From the NCBI GenBank assembly GCA_030390025.1, contig JASTWF010000362.1:124001-188000 (forward strand): 64,000 bases of DNA. The letters are read 5' to 3'. Made by a program: the position numbers and the translations under genes. Shown piece by piece: positions 60,915 through 64,000 of the stretch. Numbering within the stretch: the first letter of the stretch is position 1; each line of letters opens with the position of its first letter. A model generated the notes under the pieces. That model ran no database searches. It saw only the letters and a list, made by a program, of their open reading frames with translations, and was not told the DNA's origin. The DNA is from Squalus acanthias (lineage: Eukaryota).

Positions 60915-61010
60915 TTGCCAGGGTCCTTTATAATCCACCAATTGTTCACATCCTTAAAAGGATAGCAGGTTACTTGTTGCTGGTGGGAGCTACCTCTGCC
61001 ACTGTCATAC
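60915..61010 (-). CDS. POMT1: POMT1 coding exon (MIR domain)
   Basis: [35 protein letters not shown] flanks, 96 nt. Confidence 0.95.
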
Positions 61011-61943
61011 CTGCAAAGAACACACATAATTTCAGCTGAAGGACGGCAGCTCTGACGGTGCAGCACTCCCTCAGTACTGCACTGAAATGTCAGTCGAGAT
61101 TACATGCTCTCAAGTCTGTGTTCTCTGTTTTTTGCCTCCCCAGGATTTAACATTACATACTTTGGGAGGGTGGTGCGAAACGTTGCACCATCTAATGGAC
61201 AGGGTAAACACGATGGACCTGATGAGCTATTATTACCCTTCTTTTTGCATGCATCCAAACTCTGCTGCCCATATCCTAACCCGCACCAAGTCCCGTTCAC
61301 CCATCACCCTGTGCACACTGACCAAACATTGGCTCCCGGTCCAGCAACAACTCAATTTTAAAATTCTCATCCTTAAATCTCTCCATGGCCTCGCCCCATC
61401 CTATCTCTGTAACCGCCTCCAGCTCCACAACACTCCGAGATCTCCGCGCTTCTGCAATTCTGGCCTCTCGCGCATGCTCGGTTTTAATCGATCCACCATT
61501 GGTGGCCATGCCTTCAGCTATCTAGGCCCTAAGCTCTGGAATTGCCTCTCTACCTCTCCTCCTTAAAACCTACCTTTTTGACCAAGTCTGTCCCAATATC
61601 TCTATGTGGCTCGGTGTCAAATTTTGTTTGATAACACTCCTGTGAAGCGCCTTGGGACGTTTTACTACGTTAAAGGAGCTATAGAAATGCAAGTTGTTGT
61701 TGCATGTGCGACGCACAGCCTCCCTGACAAAGTTCATTGCATGTTGATGGAAGATTCAAGCACTGGGCAGTTGTACAATTGTACACACAAACTGTTGGGT
61801 ACCAGAATCATTACCTTGTCCCAGTCTATCACACCAGCGCCCCAGTGAACATCTGTGTACCATGTTCCCAGAGTCCACAAATAATGCTATTTCACAGGAT
61901 CGGAATGTTTATCGTGCTTTCCTCATGTCATGTGAATCTTTAC

Positions 61944-62074
61944 CTGATAGGGTACGTGTTCTTGTGGGAATGGAGCCAGCAGGGAACAGGTTTGCTCCAC
62001 ACATTCCGCAGGGTAATCTGGGAACCATAGGCTATTTCAAGAGGTTGACCTTGTGTGATCCTTGCGAGGCCGCC
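61944..62074 (-). CDS. POMT1: POMT1 coding exon
   Basis: [47 protein letters not shown] flanks, 131 nt. Confidence 0.95.
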
Positions 62075-63185
62075 CTGCAAAGGAAACCAAGTGTAACTTT
62101 CTCATCCGCTTGGGAAATCATGTTCAAATATTATATTTTTTTGATGAACTTTTGCACTTATGAAGTCGAGGGATACCAACCCATTGGAACAGATTATTTC
62201 TGCATTCCTCCCTGCCCCAAACGTGCCAGTGTTCTCTCCTGCCCTCCTCCTCTCCTGAAGCTGCTGACTCCTCGCTGGGTATAGTTCCACAGCTGTTATC
62301 TGGTACCTCACAATGTGGTCCTTCTCATGGCCCCAAGATAGCTGCGCTCCTCTAATTCTGGCCTCTTGAGCATCACTGATTTTAATCGCTCAACCATTGG
62401 TGGCCGTGCCCTCAGCTGCCAAGGCCCTAAGCTCTGGAAATCCCTCCCTAAACCTCTCCGCCTCTCTTTCCTCCTTTAAGACGCTCCTCTTTGACCAAGC
62501 TTTTAGTCATCTGCTCTAATTTCTCCTTATGTGGCTCGGTGTCAAACTTTGTTTATAACGCTCCTATGAAGCACCTTGGGACGTTTTACTAGGTTAAAGG
62601 CGCTATATAAATAAAAGTTGTTGTTGTTGTGCGAGCCTCAACCATGAATACTGGCAGACTGTTCAACCAGAGGCCATTGGAACTTAAATTCTAACCCTAC
62701 ATCTACACTTCCAACAAGGGTTGCTGTATAACGATCAGGTGCAGGAACCCTGTCTGCTTTCCACCATTCCCAACCAAGGGACAATGAAGCCAACTGCAGT
62801 GTTCCTGCTGCCATTCCAGCTACCCAGAACTACTGCTCCTTGAAAATGCTGCTGTTATGAATGACAAACTAGTTCGCTTACCTAAATCACAGCAAGGCAT
62901 ATTGCAATTTCAATCAGCATAAAATACGTGTTGCAATTATAATTCGGAACCCTTTTACAGTTGCAATAGTCAATGGAGAAATTCTGTGACGAGTTTAATC
63001 TTCCTGTTAGCCTCGAGGCTGACTAATCTTTGGTGTTACTTGGTGCTTACCAACAGTCTTGATAGCTTGAGTGCATGCTGGTGCCAAATTAAATTGTGTA
63101 TCTAAGGATTGTGCACAAACTCTTGAAAAATTCTTCAAACAACCACAACACTGTGCCGGGAGTCACTTTAGAAACACATTGCTTA

Positions 63186-63506
63186 TCACAGAATCACAGA
63201 ATCCCCACAGTGCAGATAGAGGCCATTTCGGCCCATCGAGCCTGCACCGACACAGATCCCACCCTATCCCCGTAACCCCACGTATTTAATCCCCCCTAAC
63301 ACTAAGGGTCAATTTATCATAGCCAAATCAACCTAACCTGCACATCTTTGGACTGTGGGAGGAAACCGGAGCACCCGGAGGAAACCCACGCAGACACGGG
63401 GAGAATGTGCAAACTCCACACAGACAGTCACCCGAGGCCGGATTCAAACCCGGGTCCCTGGCGCTGTGAGGCAACAGTGCTAACCACTATGCCACCGTGT
63501 TGCCCA
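63186..63506 (-). mobile_element. HE1-like V-SINE (elasmobranch)
   Basis: V-domain gtggagtttgcacattctccccgtgtctgcgtgggtttcctccgggtgctccggtttcctcccacagtccaaaga, tRNA head and CR1-type tail. Confidence 0.85.
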
Positions 63507-63903
63507 TTATGTGGCAATCAGCAAGAAAAAAGAAACATGCAATGTCTGTTTAAATGTACTGATAAGCCGTATTCACTCCGCATTATCTCAAGAAATAGAC
63601 ATAAACAAGCACAGGAACATAACGAGTGTCAGGCCAGCCTATAACATAAGCATTTCAAACTCGCATCGATTCCTCGCCGTTCCTACTGCTGCTTCCAATC
63701 TTGTGCTCTTCACCTCCCTTCAGCGGTTCCGCAGACGATCCTGCATCTGCACCTTTCACACCGACCCTACCCCGTCAACCCCCAACTGACGTCTTGTAAT
63801 ACAATACTTTCTACATAGTTTTCTTCTCTATCTGCCCCTCTATTAAAAGGTTAAGTACAAAGCAGCGATAACATTGGCCAGCGGACGTAATCAGTGGTCT
63901 TAC

Positions 63904-64000
63904 CTCCAGACTGGCTTGGAACATGCTCGTCATTATTTGGTCGTGTGGTCCAGAGCGGTACAACAAAGTCAGGTGGACATAGAAGAAGCTCAAATATAAG
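63904..64000 (-). CDS. POMT1: POMT1 coding exon, truncated by the window edge
   Basis: [32 protein letters not shown]|gtaaga. Confidence 0.93.

Overview
This is eukaryotic, repeat-rich vertebrate genomic DNA. The SINE/LINE families (HE1-like V-SINE, SacSINE1/DeuSINE-like, CR1, L2, Penelope) point to a cartilaginous fish, probably a shark. Two spliced genes lie tail-to-tail, as in other vertebrates. UCK1 (uridine-cytidine kinase 1) is complete, with 7 coding exons on the + strand (21326-31350, 288 aa) and a CpG/CCAAT promoter. POMT1 (protein O-mannosyltransferase 1) is present as its 3' 12 coding exons on the - strand (40449 to the window end). Exons were assembled by eye from GT/AG sites and remembered human protein sequences, and the phases join correctly. 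The UCK1 is unusually divergent at normally invariant sites: Walker A GGTCCGK, specificity His->Asn, IIPRG->IITGG, and a 1-nt frameshift that removes the conserved ...RPH* end. A 1.28-kb Penelope-derived fold-back element has ~610-bp inverted arms, a 14-bp target-site duplication and a minimal hammerhead ribozyme in each arm, and two more hammerheads occur elsewhere. Other highlights are two minisatellites born from the same site of an L2 LINE, several nested insertions with readable TSDs, a solo LTR, and two CR1 copies sharing one disabling deletion. Residue numbering and family names come from memory and need alignment or database confirmation. There are no prokaryotic features such as CRISPR arrays or operons.
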